This document shows, one piece after another, positions 10,018 to 18,933 of a DNA stretch of 64,000 nucleotides. This DNA comes from a virus (taxonomy: Duplodnaviria; Caudoviricetes). Where the stretch lies: positions 1 to 64,000 of IMG/VR virus record IMGVR_UViG_3300029305_004606. The stretch is one strand, 5' to 3'. How positions within the stretch are numbered: the first letter of the stretch is position 1; every line of letters starts with the position of its first letter. The notes beneath the pieces are model-generated. The model had not been told where the DNA came from, searched no databases, and was given only the letters and a program-made list of their open reading frames with translations. Position numbers and translations under genes: made by a program.

Positions 10018-11015
10018 CTGGATATGGTAGTGGTACTAAAGTAGCAGCTAAAGCTACATCTGCTACTAGTGCTAGATATGCAACAACATCAACAAGTGCT
10101 GGATCTGCATCTAAAGCTACTAGTGCTACATCTGCAACATATGCTACTACAGCTACTAATGCTGGTACTAGTAACTATGCTAAGAATGCTCCTACTTATC
10201 AAGGTGCTACTACTGCAGCAGCTGGTGTAAAAGGATTAGTACCTGCAGCTACTACTGCTACTAAAGATAGTTTCTTACGTGGCGATGGTAAATGGGCTAC
10301 ACCTAGTAAAGCTACATCTGCTACTAGTGCTACTTATTCTAGTACTGCTAATTATGCTAAGAATGCTCCTCAATATAAAGGTGCTACAACAGCTGCAGCA
10401 GGAACTAAAGGATTAGTACCTGCAGCTACTACTGCTACTAGAAACTACTTTTTAAGAGGAGATGGTATATGGGCTATGCCTTCGGCTTCTGCAGTAGAAG
10501 GTAATGTAAGATACAATGAAACTTCAGATAAACTTGAAATATATTATGAAGGAGAATGGATATCAGTATTATCTTGTGGTTTACAAACAATAAATTTGAT
10601 TGGAACAGATTATACTTATCAAGAAGTATCTACAGCAAATCCTACATATTCTTTAACATTTTCAAATGGTATTAATTTACAATATAATAGAACTTCACAA
10701 GCATGGGGACATTGTTTAGTAAAAAAATCTACATTTGTTGATCTTACTGCATTTGAAAATCTATATGTTACTTATAGTGGAACATATACTACTAGTACTG
10801 ATAGTGATTATAATAAAATTGATATTCAATTTTATAATGAATCAGATGTTTGTATTTGGGAACAACGAATTACAGATAATGGAAAATCAACATTTACAAA
10901 TGTTACGAAATCATTTGATATTAGTACTTTGCAAGGAAGATGTAGAATATGTTTCAAAGTAAATGCAAACGGTAGCAATATGACATTAAATGTATCCAGT
11001 TTGTATGTAGACTAA
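10008..11015 (+). CDS. Silent tail-fibre cassette 4
   Basis: NDLAGYGSGTKVAAK..., two GATTAAAGxKGLVPAA...FLRGDGxWA fibre repeats; open into ORF 10476-11015. Confidence 0.8.
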   Translation, partial: NDLAGYGSGTKVAAKATSATSARYATTSTSAGSASKATSATSATYATTATNAGTSNYAKNAPTYQGATTAAAGVKGLVPAATTATKDSFLRGDGKWATPSKATSATSATYSSTANYAKNAPQYKGATTAAAGTKGLVPAATTATRNYFLRGDGIWAMPSASAVEGNVRYNETSDKLEIYYEGEWISVLSCGLQTINLIGTDYTYQEVSTANPTYSLTFSNGINLQYNRTSQAWGHCLVKKSTFVDLTAFENLYVTYSGTYTTSTDSDYNKIDIQFYNESDVCIWEQRITDNGKSTFTNVTKSFDISTLQGRCRICFKVNANGSNMTLNVSSLYVD

Positions 11016-11033
11016 ACAAATACTCCAGAGGTG

Positions 11034-12290
11034 TTAAACCTCTGGAGTATTATTTTGTCTGAAATATCCATGTAAACATTCAAGATTGTATTTTATAGTT
11101 TCATTTTCGGGATCTAAACTATATGCAGTTTCTGCATAAAATATAGACTGCATCTTCCAATCGTATCCTAAATCGCAATAGAAATATGCATTGCTCAATT
11201 CAGAATATACTTCTGCTTCCGATTTATATGTATATAGATTAAAATCTTCTACCCAATATTCTTCAGGACAATGAATATCAAAAAATTGACTATAATACAT
11301 AATAGATTTTACTTTGTCTACCTCCCATGCAACTCTAGCAATTTCTCTATAAATTACTCTAGTTCTAGGAAACTTACCTGTAGCAAATATATCTATACAT
11401 TTAAGCAATTCATTGTAAGCAATATCCCAATTATTTTTATAGATATAATATAAAGCAATATATCTTCTTAAACATAATATATATTGATAATCCATATAAT
11501 TTTCATCAGAAGAATTATCAGTAACTGCAAGTAATCCTAGTTTAGCATATCTATACATTTCTTCCCAATCAGAATGTTCATATGCTTCCCAGGCAAGATA
11601 AACCAATGTTTTACTTGTTCTATCTCCTCTTTTAAAAGAATTTTTCAATATTTCGTAATAATTTCTTGGTTTTTCTTTATCCTGAATATGTTTATATCCA
11701 ATATCACTTGGTAATATTCTCCAATACTTTTCAGATCCTGTTTTTGTAATAATTTCATGAATATCTCTTGTCCAGTAAAATTCTTTACTATGAACTTTAT
11801 GATGAACAAAAGATGTAGATTCTATTGAACCATCTGAGGCTATACATTCTACTGACATCTCCATAACATCATAATCATCACTCCAAATTTCTCTTATTTT
11901 GTTTATACCACCAGGTTCTATAAATTCATCAAGATCAAGACTAACATAAGCCCAATTATAATAATCATGAGGTTGTTTATATAAATCTCTACTTTGATTT
12001 ATTATACAATTCTGAGCCATTTCTAGACATCTATTTCTTGCCATAGAAAATGAAAATTCATCCTGTATATATGACATATATATTACTTTTGTAGAACCAA
12101 ACATGTTTTGATATTCTTTAATTTTATCAACTGTAGAATCAGTAGATCCTGTGTCTACTAAACATATCAAATCAGCATCTTTTACACTAGTAAACCATTT
12201 ATCAATATTCTTTTCTTCATTCTTACAGATAGTGTATACACATACCTTATTTCTATTATTGTCCATATATTTATATTCTTCATTAAACAT
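11034..12290 (-). CDS. Family 2 glycosyltransferase with TPR-like C-terminus
   Basis: VCVYTICKNEE, VDTGSTDST, FSMARN, LDLDE, helical repeats. Confidence 0.85.
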   Translation of the reverse strand: MFNEEYKYMDNNRNKVCVYTICKNEEKNIDKWFTSVKDADLICLVDTGSTDSTVDKIKEYQNMFGSTKVIYMSYIQDEFSFSMARNRCLEMAQNCIINQSRDLYKQPHDYYNWAYVSLDLDEFIEPGGINKIREIWSDDYDVMEMSVECIASDGSIESTSFVHHKVHSKEFYWTRDIHEIITKTGSEKYWRILPSDIGYKHIQDKEKPRNYYEILKNSFKRGDRTSKTLVYLAWEAYEHSDWEEMYRYAKLGLLAVTDNSSDENYMDYQYILCLRRYIALYYIYKNNWDIAYNELLKCIDIFATGKFPRTRVIYREIARVAWEVDKVKSIMYYSQFFDIHCPEEYWVEDFNLYTYKSEAEVYSELSNAYFYCDLGYDWKMQSIFYAETAYSLDPENETIKYNLECLHGYFRQNNTPEV

Positions 12291-12380
12291 AATATGGAAC
12301 CTCCTTGTATATAATTTACTAAAAAGTAGAAAATCTAATATATTACAACTTTAAAATAAAATGAAATTAGGAGATTTAGT

Positions 12381-12953
12381 ATGGATAATAAGGTAATATT
12401 TTTAGATATAGATGGTGTATTAAATGGGTATAATTTGAGAGTTCATCTAATTACAACTATTATGAGAAAATGTAGATATATAAGAAAATATGTAGATATT
12501 TTTTCTGTGCATATAGTTAAAGTTTTTATCCTTTTTCTTATAGTAAAATTATCAAAATCTGATATAGTTTTATCTAGTTCTTGGAGAGGTGGATATTGGG
12601 CAATACCTTATAACGTTATGAGTAAAAGATGTAAGAAATTGTATATTTTGTTTAAAATATTTCATATAAATGTAGTAGGTGCAACAACTTCTAAATATAC
12701 TGATAGGGGAGCACAAATTATAGATTACCTTGATAAACATAAAGAAATATCTTCTTATGTTGTAATAGATGATGAAATGTTCGATATCAAAGAATATATT
12801 TCTCAAGACAAATTGATTTGTACAAAAGCTAGAAAAAATAGATTAATTAAATTTAAATGTGCTGGTTGTTATGATGGTGCAGGATTAAAATTACGTCATA
12901 TTATACCAACTTTGCAAATTTTAAATACAAAAACAATCCCTAGTGAGTTTTAG
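12381..12953 (+). CDS. HAD-superfamily protein (Swiss-Army-knife RNA-repair type HAD)
   Basis: FLDIDGVLN, IVLSSSWR, RGAQI, YVVIDD. Confidence 0.8.
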   Translation: MDNKVIFLDIDGVLNGYNLRVHLITTIMRKCRYIRKYVDIFSVHIVKVFILFLIVKLSKSDIVLSSSWRGGYWAIPYNVMSKRCKKLYILFKIFHINVVGATTSKYTDRGAQIIDYLDKHKEISSYVVIDDEMFDIKEYISQDKLICTKARKNRLIKFKCAGCYDGAGLKLRHIIPTLQILNTKTIPSEF

Positions 12954-12973
12954 CTCACTAGGGATTATCATTT

Positions 12974-14965
12974 TTATTTACCATTTCTCTTTTCTTTTAC
13001 TCCAAACACACAATAGTGTTCAAAATATGCAGATAAAGTCTTTGATTTGAATGCAATTCTTAAGTCAGAATAACGATTCTTATAATTGTTGACGTTGAAT
13101 GTTGCACATCCTATTCTACCTTCGTTCATACCATAATCTACGAAATGCTCAAACAACTTGATAGCAGTCTTTCCATATACTTTTGCAACGTCAGGATATT
13201 TAGTTGCATAATAAGTAGCATCAAATACAGGACTGTAATCAATATTATTTAAATAACACTTACCATTTGATACTTTGATAGAACCAGCTTTAGATTTACC
13301 AGTAGCATTTGTAACAGGTACATTTACAACAGGAGTTGAATTACCTCCCATAGCAGCCTTCATCTTATTATAAGAATTAGTACCATATACACCATCTGCA
13401 ACTAAACCATTAGCTTTCTGGAATTTTTCTACAGCATCTTCTGTTTTTGCACCAAAACTTCCATCAACTGTAAGTCCAGCATTAATCACCTTATTAAGGT
13501 TCTGCTGAAGTACCTTAACCTGATCGTTCTTCATACCTTTCTTTAAAGTAGGCTGAGCAACTGTAGTAGAAGTTGTAGATGTGCCAGACTTAAGTTCTAA
13601 AAGAACTTTCTCTTCTACCCATCCAGTAATCTGTCCATTAACACCAACTCTTGATTTAGAGTTAGTCATTCTTACTCTACCATTTACAACTTCATTACTC
13701 CATACATAGAATGTACCTGATTTTTTAACTCCAGTTTTAGCAACAGAAGAACCATAGAAAGTTACATTCTGAAGTTTGAAGCTTTCACCAGTCACAATTT
13801 CTTTGGAAGAAGGAGCAGGAGCTACAGGTGTTGTAGATTCCTCTTCATCGTCATAATCAATAGGATTAAGAGGTACATTTACATTACCTTTCATATTAAA
13901 GTAATTAAATACACCCTGAGCAATTTCTTTTGCACATTCTCTGCAGAAAGCATCTGATTTCAACAAATCAGATTCATTCTTATTAGTCATAAATGCAGCT
14001 TCAATTAAGGCAGCAGCTTTTACTCCCATTGCAGTACAGTTACACATAGAAAGAGCCATTCTCTTAACTCCTCTGTTTTTCTGTGCAGTTCCCTTAATAA
14101 GTTCATTCTGGATACATGTAGCAAGTTTTGCAGAATCTCCAGCTTTGCTATCTACAGCATGGTACAAAGTTTCCACTCCCTGACCAGTTGTATATTCCTG
14201 ACCATTTCCATGTGCATTTGCATGAACTGAAATACAGATTTCTGCACCCCATACTTTAATCTGAGCCTGTCTTGCTGTAAGTGCAACATCTGTATCATCT
14301 GTAGCATTTTCATCATCCCAAGCAACCTTTAATGTTTCAATGTTGTTTTTGGTGAGAATCTGATCAAGATAATATGAGATATATACATTACTGTAGTGCT
14401 CACGATATCCATCAGGATGTCTCTTACCAGCAGTATTAGATCCATGACCAGCATCAATAGCTACTCTGTGAAGAGCAACAGTCTTAGGATCATATTGAGT
14501 AAGATTATTTGTAGTAAGAACTCTGTATACATTATCTACATAATTAATAGATGTAGCATATCCTGCAGCCTTGATTTTTACAAGGTACTGATAAGGATCT
14601 GTTTCACCCTTCAACGCTTTATAGTTTGCAATATTGATAAACTGGAAGTAACCTTCTACACATTTTTCAATACTATCAAATCTGTACCAAGCCGTTGATG
14701 TAGGTAATAATGTATAACTACCATCAGCATTCTGTTCTGAACCACCATCTTCAAAGTAACCATTATTGCAGCTAACTCTATTCTGTCTATATTTCAAGCC
14801 AAGAATATTGTTATACAAAGCAGCTTTCTTAGATGTACCATATCCTGACTCAAGACATGCCTGAGCAATAATAGGCGAATGAACTAAGATACCATACTTG
14901 GGTGCATATTTTTGCACACATCTAGCTACTTCTTTGATGAATTCACTTTTAGACATAACAGCCAT
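12974..14965 (-). CDS. Modular lysin: GH73 glucosaminidase + Amidase_3 + PG-binding + C-terminal repeats
   Basis: IIAQACLESGYG/GYATS; VAIDAGHG, SVHAN, LIEAAF; LKKG...DGSFG...FQKANGLVADGVYG; FDATYYATKYPDV...HFVDYGMNEGR. Confidence 0.88.
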   Translation of the reverse strand: MAVMSKSEFIKEVARCVQKYAPKYGILVHSPIIAQACLESGYGTSKKAALYNNILGLKYRQNRVSCNNGYFEDGGSEQNADGSYTLLPTSTAWYRFDSIEKCVEGYFQFINIANYKALKGETDPYQYLVKIKAAGYATSINYVDNVYRVLTTNNLTQYDPKTVALHRVAIDAGHGSNTAGKRHPDGYREHYSNVYISYYLDQILTKNNIETLKVAWDDENATDDTDVALTARQAQIKVWGAEICISVHANAHGNGQEYTTGQGVETLYHAVDSKAGDSAKLATCIQNELIKGTAQKNRGVKRMALSMCNCTAMGVKAAALIEAAFMTNKNESDLLKSDAFCRECAKEIAQGVFNYFNMKGNVNVPLNPIDYDDEEESTTPVAPAPSSKEIVTGESFKLQNVTFYGSSVAKTGVKKSGTFYVWSNEVVNGRVRMTNSKSRVGVNGQITGWVEEKVLLELKSGTSTTSTTVAQPTLKKGMKNDQVKVLQQNLNKVINAGLTVDGSFGAKTEDAVEKFQKANGLVADGVYGTNSYNKMKAAMGGNSTPVVNVPVTNATGKSKAGSIKVSNGKCYLNNIDYSPVFDATYYATKYPDVAKVYGKTAIKLFEHFVDYGMNEGRIGCATFNVNNYKNRYSDLRIAFKSKTLSAYFEHYCVFGVKEKRNGK

Positions 14966-15086
14966 AATTAAAACCTCCTTTTTAGCGTTATTAATATTAG
15001 GTGCTATGTAAAAAACAACAAAAAATATATTTTGGAAATAAATGGCAGATAGGATAAAAATCCTATCTGCCGTTCTTTTCTATATT

Positions 15087-15821
15087 CTATTTATTTTTAC
15101 GCTCACATAAGATTTCTCTTCTGATGAGATTATAATCATGATTAAAGATAATTTCATAGTATCTATAAAAAGCCATTGGGTTTTTAACCAGCTCTTTATA
15201 GCTGTAATTGACATAATAAAAATCTGCCAATTCGGAATCAGGGATATCATAGCATTTATCAGTCCAAGTAGTAGTAAGATCTCTTATCTTACTATGATTA
15301 CCAGTATCATAATCACAAACAACACTTTCTAATATCAATAATGGGTTGTTAGAGTTTTTAGGATCATTGTATTCTGCAATGAATCTATTATAAATGTCTT
15401 TATTAAACTCAGCATCTTCATAATGCCACAAGCTTCGTCTTAAATAATCACGGCAATAATCAGCTAAAGAATATGCCGTATGAGTTTTAAAAGACATTCT
15501 ATGAGCAACTACATACATATGCCTACTTTTATCAATAAGATAGATCATAGCAGCAGTTAATTTGGTTAATTGAAATTTTTCTTTTTCTCCATTTGGATTA
15601 GTAATCTGCACACATTCTCTAAAATAATACCAGATATTATGCAAACATTCTAATTTAACTTTATTTCTTGTCAACTCATCAAGATTAGGATCATTTGGAT
15701 CAACGTTAATCAGTGTATGATCATTTAATCTTAGCATGAAGTCATAATTATTAACTCCATTATTTTTGAGTTGCTCGGATACTCTAAGAAAACTTTCATT
15801 AGAAGTTTTAAAATTAACCAT
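15087..15821 (-). CDS. Truncated paralogue of the phiKZ-type terminase large subunit N-terminal region
   Basis: ATG at 15821 after GGAGGTG; TSNESFL...LKNNGVNNYDFML...VDPNDPNL...ECLHNIWYYFRE; degenerate Walker A (AHRMSFKT). Confidence 0.65.
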   Translation of the reverse strand: MVNFKTSNESFLRVSEQLKNNGVNNYDFMLRLNDHTLINVDPNDPNLDELTRNKVKLECLHNIWYYFRECVQITNPNGEKEKFQLTKLTAAMIYLIDKSRHMYVVAHRMSFKTHTAYSLADYCRDYLRRSLWHYEDAEFNKDIYNRFIAEYNDPKNSNNPLLILESVVCDYDTGNHSKIRDLTTTWTDKCYDIPDSELADFYYVNYSYKELVKNPMAFYRYYEIIFNHDYNLIRREILCERKNK

Positions 15822-15884
15822 AGATAACACCTCCTTCTTTGGTTACTTACTAAGATGTATACAAGAGGTTTCTAATAAGAACTA

Positions 15885-15895
15885 TAATGATTTAG
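15885..15895 (+). repeat. Putative recombination site 5 (divergent left flank aagaacta)
   Basis: TAATGATTTAG. Confidence 0.75.
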
Positions 15896-16548
15896 CTGGG
15901 TATGGTAATGGTAGCAAAGTAGCAGCTAAAGCTACTAGTGCTACATCAGCAGTATATTCTTCTACTACTAACTATGCTAAAGCTAGTGCTGGTGCTACTA
16001 CTGCATCTAAAGCTACATCTGCTACTAGTGCTACTTATTCTAGTACTGCTAATTATGCTAAAGCTATACCATCTACGATAACTACTAGATTAACAAATCT
16101 TGAAACGTCTTTTCAGGATGGCTGTAATACAATAATGCAGGCAGTTACAGCCAAAGGACAAACTCCTGCATCAAATAGTCCTACTGATATTGCTGCTGCT
16201 ATAAATGCAATTCCTAATATATCAACAATATATGGAGATATAGTTGCTGGAGTTGGTGGATATAAATCAACTAAAATAACAGCTGTCAATGCTGCTCATT
16301 TTTGTAATCAGGAATATTTATTAAATAGATCTGATGGGCAATGGGATGTATTAAAAGCTGGAACTTATAGAGTTGCAATGTATTCACAGAATTCATATGT
16401 TTATTTTTCAGTAAATGGTACACAGACAAATTTAAAGTTTGGTCAACAATATATAGACTTTAATTTAAAGGTAGGAGATATTGTTTGTTTTTATCGAGAT
16501 ATATCTCAAGCAATGTATTGTTGCGGATATATTTGTTATATAGGATAA
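15886..16548 (+). CDS. Silent tail-fibre cassette 5
   Basis: NDLAGYGNGSKVAAK...; the ORF-track TTG start at 15766 overlaps the opposite-strand gene and has no RBS. Confidence 0.8.
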   Translation, partial: NDLAGYGNGSKVAAKATSATSAVYSSTTNYAKASAGATTASKATSATSATYSSTANYAKAIPSTITTRLTNLETSFQDGCNTIMQAVTAKGQTPASNSPTDIAAAINAIPNISTIYGDIVAGVGGYKSTKITAVNAAHFCNQEYLLNRSDGQWDVLKAGTYRVAMYSQNSYVYFSVNGTQTNLKFGQQYIDFNLKVGDIVCFYRDISQAMYCCGYICYIG

Positions 16549-16583
16549 TAATATCGGTAGTCTGATAAAGACTACCGATATTA
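16548..16583. terminator. Bidirectional terminator between convergent cassettes 5 and 6
   Basis: taatatcggtagtct-gataa-agactaccgatatta. Confidence 0.75.
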
Positions 16584-16586
16584 TAT

Positions 16587-17360
16587 TTATTTTGTTATAT
16601 AAATCATTCTGAAAGTAAATTCTACATATCCGGTAAAAGTTTCATTACTACCAATTACCATATACTGGTGATTATAATAACCATCTGCAATAATATGTCT
16701 TGTTGTATCTGTTAAATTTCTAGGTCTAAGTATTAATTCGCCTCTTAAATCATAATCAGATTCTCTATCCATTGCCCAAGGTAAACTAAATAAGGAAGTG
16801 TTTTTAGGTATATCTTGACCAGATCCATATGTTCCAGAACACATAACAACAGCAACTTTACCAAATCTTTTACAATAATTATCAGCAAGAGTTGCACTCC
16901 AAGCAGTACATTGAGACGTTTCTACAGTTATATTTGAACCTTCTGTGATACCAAGATTTAATATATCCTGTTTTGTTACAGCTGTAGCTCCTGTGATATG
17001 ACCGAGAGAATTAACAGTTATATTGTATAATCCTTTATTGTAAGCATTATAACTAGGATGAGTATAAAAATTTGCATCTCCTGAATTTAATTTCTTATTC
17101 CAAGGTACAGATATAGCCCAAGATCCACCTGAATTAGTTAAAGCTGTTGTATATATAACAGATCCATATCCTACCCAACCTATTAAATATATAGAAGTGC
17201 TTGATGTTTTTCTTGCCAAAATATACATTGTTTCACCACTATAAATTTCAGGTAAACCAAGATTAGTACATTTACATACATATGAACCACTATCATTAAT
17301 CTGACTAATAGATGTAATAGTAGTTATAGTATTATCTTTAGGAGACAAAGCTAAATCATT
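16587..17360 (-). CDS. Silent tail-fibre cassette 6
   Basis: NDLALSPKD...; fibre motif YTHPSY...GLYNITVNSLGHITGATAVTKQDILNLGI. Confidence 0.8.
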   Translation of the reverse strand, partial: NDLALSPKDNTITTITSISQINDSGSYVCKCTNLGLPEIYSGETMYILARKTSSTSIYLIGWVGYGSVIYTTALTNSGGSWAISVPWNKKLNSGDANFYTHPSYNAYNKGLYNITVNSLGHITGATAVTKQDILNLGITEGSNITVETSQCTAWSATLADNYCKRFGKVAVVMCSGTYGSGQDIPKNTSLFSLPWAMDRESDYDLRGELILRPRNLTDTTRHIIADGYYNHQYMVIGSNETFTGYVEFTFRMIYITK

Positions 17361-17361
17361 A
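17351..17361 (-). repeat. Putative recombination site 6
   Basis: CTAAATCATTA, 7 bp after the cassette 7 stop. Confidence 0.8.
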
Positions 17362-17368
17362 ATAATAA

Positions 17369-18280
17369 TTATACTTCAATATATACATTTGTTGCAGATA
17401 ACCAAGCATCCATATCACTTGGATATGTAGATCTAAAACATGAAACTGTAACTTTAAATTCTCCAGTAGATAATGAAGAAATATCATATGACAATGGTGT
17501 AGTTAATGCTTTTTCTGAACTTGATCCAGCAGTATCTTTAAATCCTATATTTCCTAATGTCATATAAGAATAACTATTATATCCAGCGACAGCAGTTTTA
17601 TATTTACCATTAACAATTACAAATTTATTAAATTGAGAAATATCAATATTATTAAATGTCCAAGTTACATTAGTATGATATCCTCCATTACCGCTATTGC
17701 TGGTACTAATAGCATAAAATTGACATATACCATTTACTTGTTTAATAGATTGATTTGCATATCCTGTTGCACCGTTTTTGGTTTTTGTAACTGTTCCAGA
17801 TCCAAGTAGATCTGTATTCAATATACCATCTTTAATTAAATATATTCTTGCAGGATATTCTGCAGCTAATATATCACATATTTCATCAAATGTCATACCT
17901 TCTGTTACAAGTCCAGAATATTGCATAGCTTCATATAATTGATCAAGATCAGTTCCTTCTCCAGTACCAGATTTAAAAGGGGTTACTGTATCAGCACCAC
18001 TTGGAATATATCCCCAATTTCCTTTCGAATCTTTTCCAAAAGACAATCCGCTACAATTCTTAGCATAATTAGCAGTACTAGAATAAGTAGCACTAGTAGC
18101 AGATGTAGCTTTAGCTCCATTCTTAGCATAATTAGCAGTAGAACTATAAGTAGCACTAGTTGCACTAGTAGCTTTAGATGCAGATCCAGCACTTGTTGCT
18201 GTTGTTGCATATCTAGCCGATGTAGCAGATGTAGCTTTAGCTGCTACCTTACTTCCACTACCATATCCAGCTAAATCATT
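17369..18280 (-). CDS. Silent tail-fibre cassette 7
   Basis: NDLAGYGSGSKVAAK...; GLSFGKDSKGNWGYIPSGADTVTPFK fibre motif. Confidence 0.8.
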   Translation of the reverse strand, partial: NDLAGYGSGSKVAAKATSATSARYATTATSAGSASKATSATSATYSSTANYAKNGAKATSATSATYSSTANYAKNCSGLSFGKDSKGNWGYIPSGADTVTPFKSGTGEGTDLDQLYEAMQYSGLVTEGMTFDEICDILAAEYPARIYLIKDGILNTDLLGSGTVTKTKNGATGYANQSIKQVNGICQFYAISTSNSGNGGYHTNVTWTFNNIDISQFNKFVIVNGKYKTAVAGYNSYSYMTLGNIGFKDTAGSSSEKALTTPLSYDISSLSTGEFKVTVSCFRSTYPSDMDAWLSATNVYIEV

Positions 18281-18281
18281 A
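18271..18281 (-). repeat. Putative recombination site 7
   Basis: CTAAATCATTA, 6 bp after the cassette 8 stop. Confidence 0.8.
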
Positions 18282-18287
18282 TTAATA

Positions 18288-18911
18288 TTATCCAATAGCT
18301 ATATATCCTACTTGTACTGTAATTTTTGTATTTTGCAAATTATGGATACATAAATTGCAATCGGTATTATTTAAGTTTGCAATCATTGTTGTTACATAAT
18401 ACCAATTTCCAGATGTACTATAAACAATAGGTATTACCATAGGAGGTAAATAAGGATATGAATTTCTAAAAGTCACCTTTAAAACACTATCTCCATTTGC
18501 AAGTATATCTACTCCTCCAATAAATGAAGATTCGATTCCACAAGAAGTCCATTCATCAGGAAATTGTAAAAAATCAGATCCATAAGTTCTCTTCCATACA
18601 ATATTTCCATCATTAGAAAAATATCCTTTATAAAATTTTATATTACTATTATCATTGTTTGTATAAAACAAATCAAATGTAGAAAATTGATTAGAACCAT
18701 ATTGAACTTCCGTTGAGTAATTCTTAACAACTCTTACGTTGTAATACCCTGTAATATTTATAGGAAAATCGGAAAGGGCATTCCATATAGTTATAATTCC
18801 AATAGAACCGTTTTCTAAGCTATTATAAATATCAACTAATTTTACAGAAGATGTATCCAGATTGTACTCGTCAAAATATACAACTTTATTATCTACTTTA
18901 TCTAAATCATT
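18288..18911 (-). CDS. Silent tail-fibre cassette 8 (H-type lectin-like C-terminus)
   Basis: NDLDKVDNKVVYF... open for 80 codons into ORF 18288-18671; VTFRNSY...PPMVIP...VGYIAIG*. Confidence 0.75.
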   Translation of the reverse strand, partial: NDLDKVDNKVVYFDEYNLDTSSVKLVDIYNSLENGSIGIITIWNALSDFPINITGYYNVRVVKNYSTEVQYGSNQFSTFDLFYTNNDNSNIKFYKGYFSNDGNIVWKRTYGSDFLQFPDEWTSCGIESSFIGGVDILANGDSVLKVTFRNSYPYLPPMVIPIVYSTSGNWYYVTTMIANLNNTDCNLCIHNLQNTKITVQVGYIAIG

Positions 18912-18933
18912 AATATTATTAATAATGATTTAG
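18902..18933. repeat. Back-to-back sites 8 and 9; 32-bp imperfect palindrome
   Basis: ctaaatcatt-aatattattaat-aatgatttag; same 12-bp spacing as 9986-10017. Confidence 0.85.

Noticed and set aside
15766-15885. ORF-track N-terminal extension of cassette 5 (and the TTG starts at 9239, 17348, 18295, 18671)
   Set aside because: No RBS. They overlap an opposite-strand gene or lie downstream of the conserved NDL junction, so they are artefacts of start-less frames.
778-16194. 93-bp duplicate as a DGR template/variable repeat pair
   Set aside because: Only one difference, not at a gene 3' end, and no reverse transcriptase in the window.
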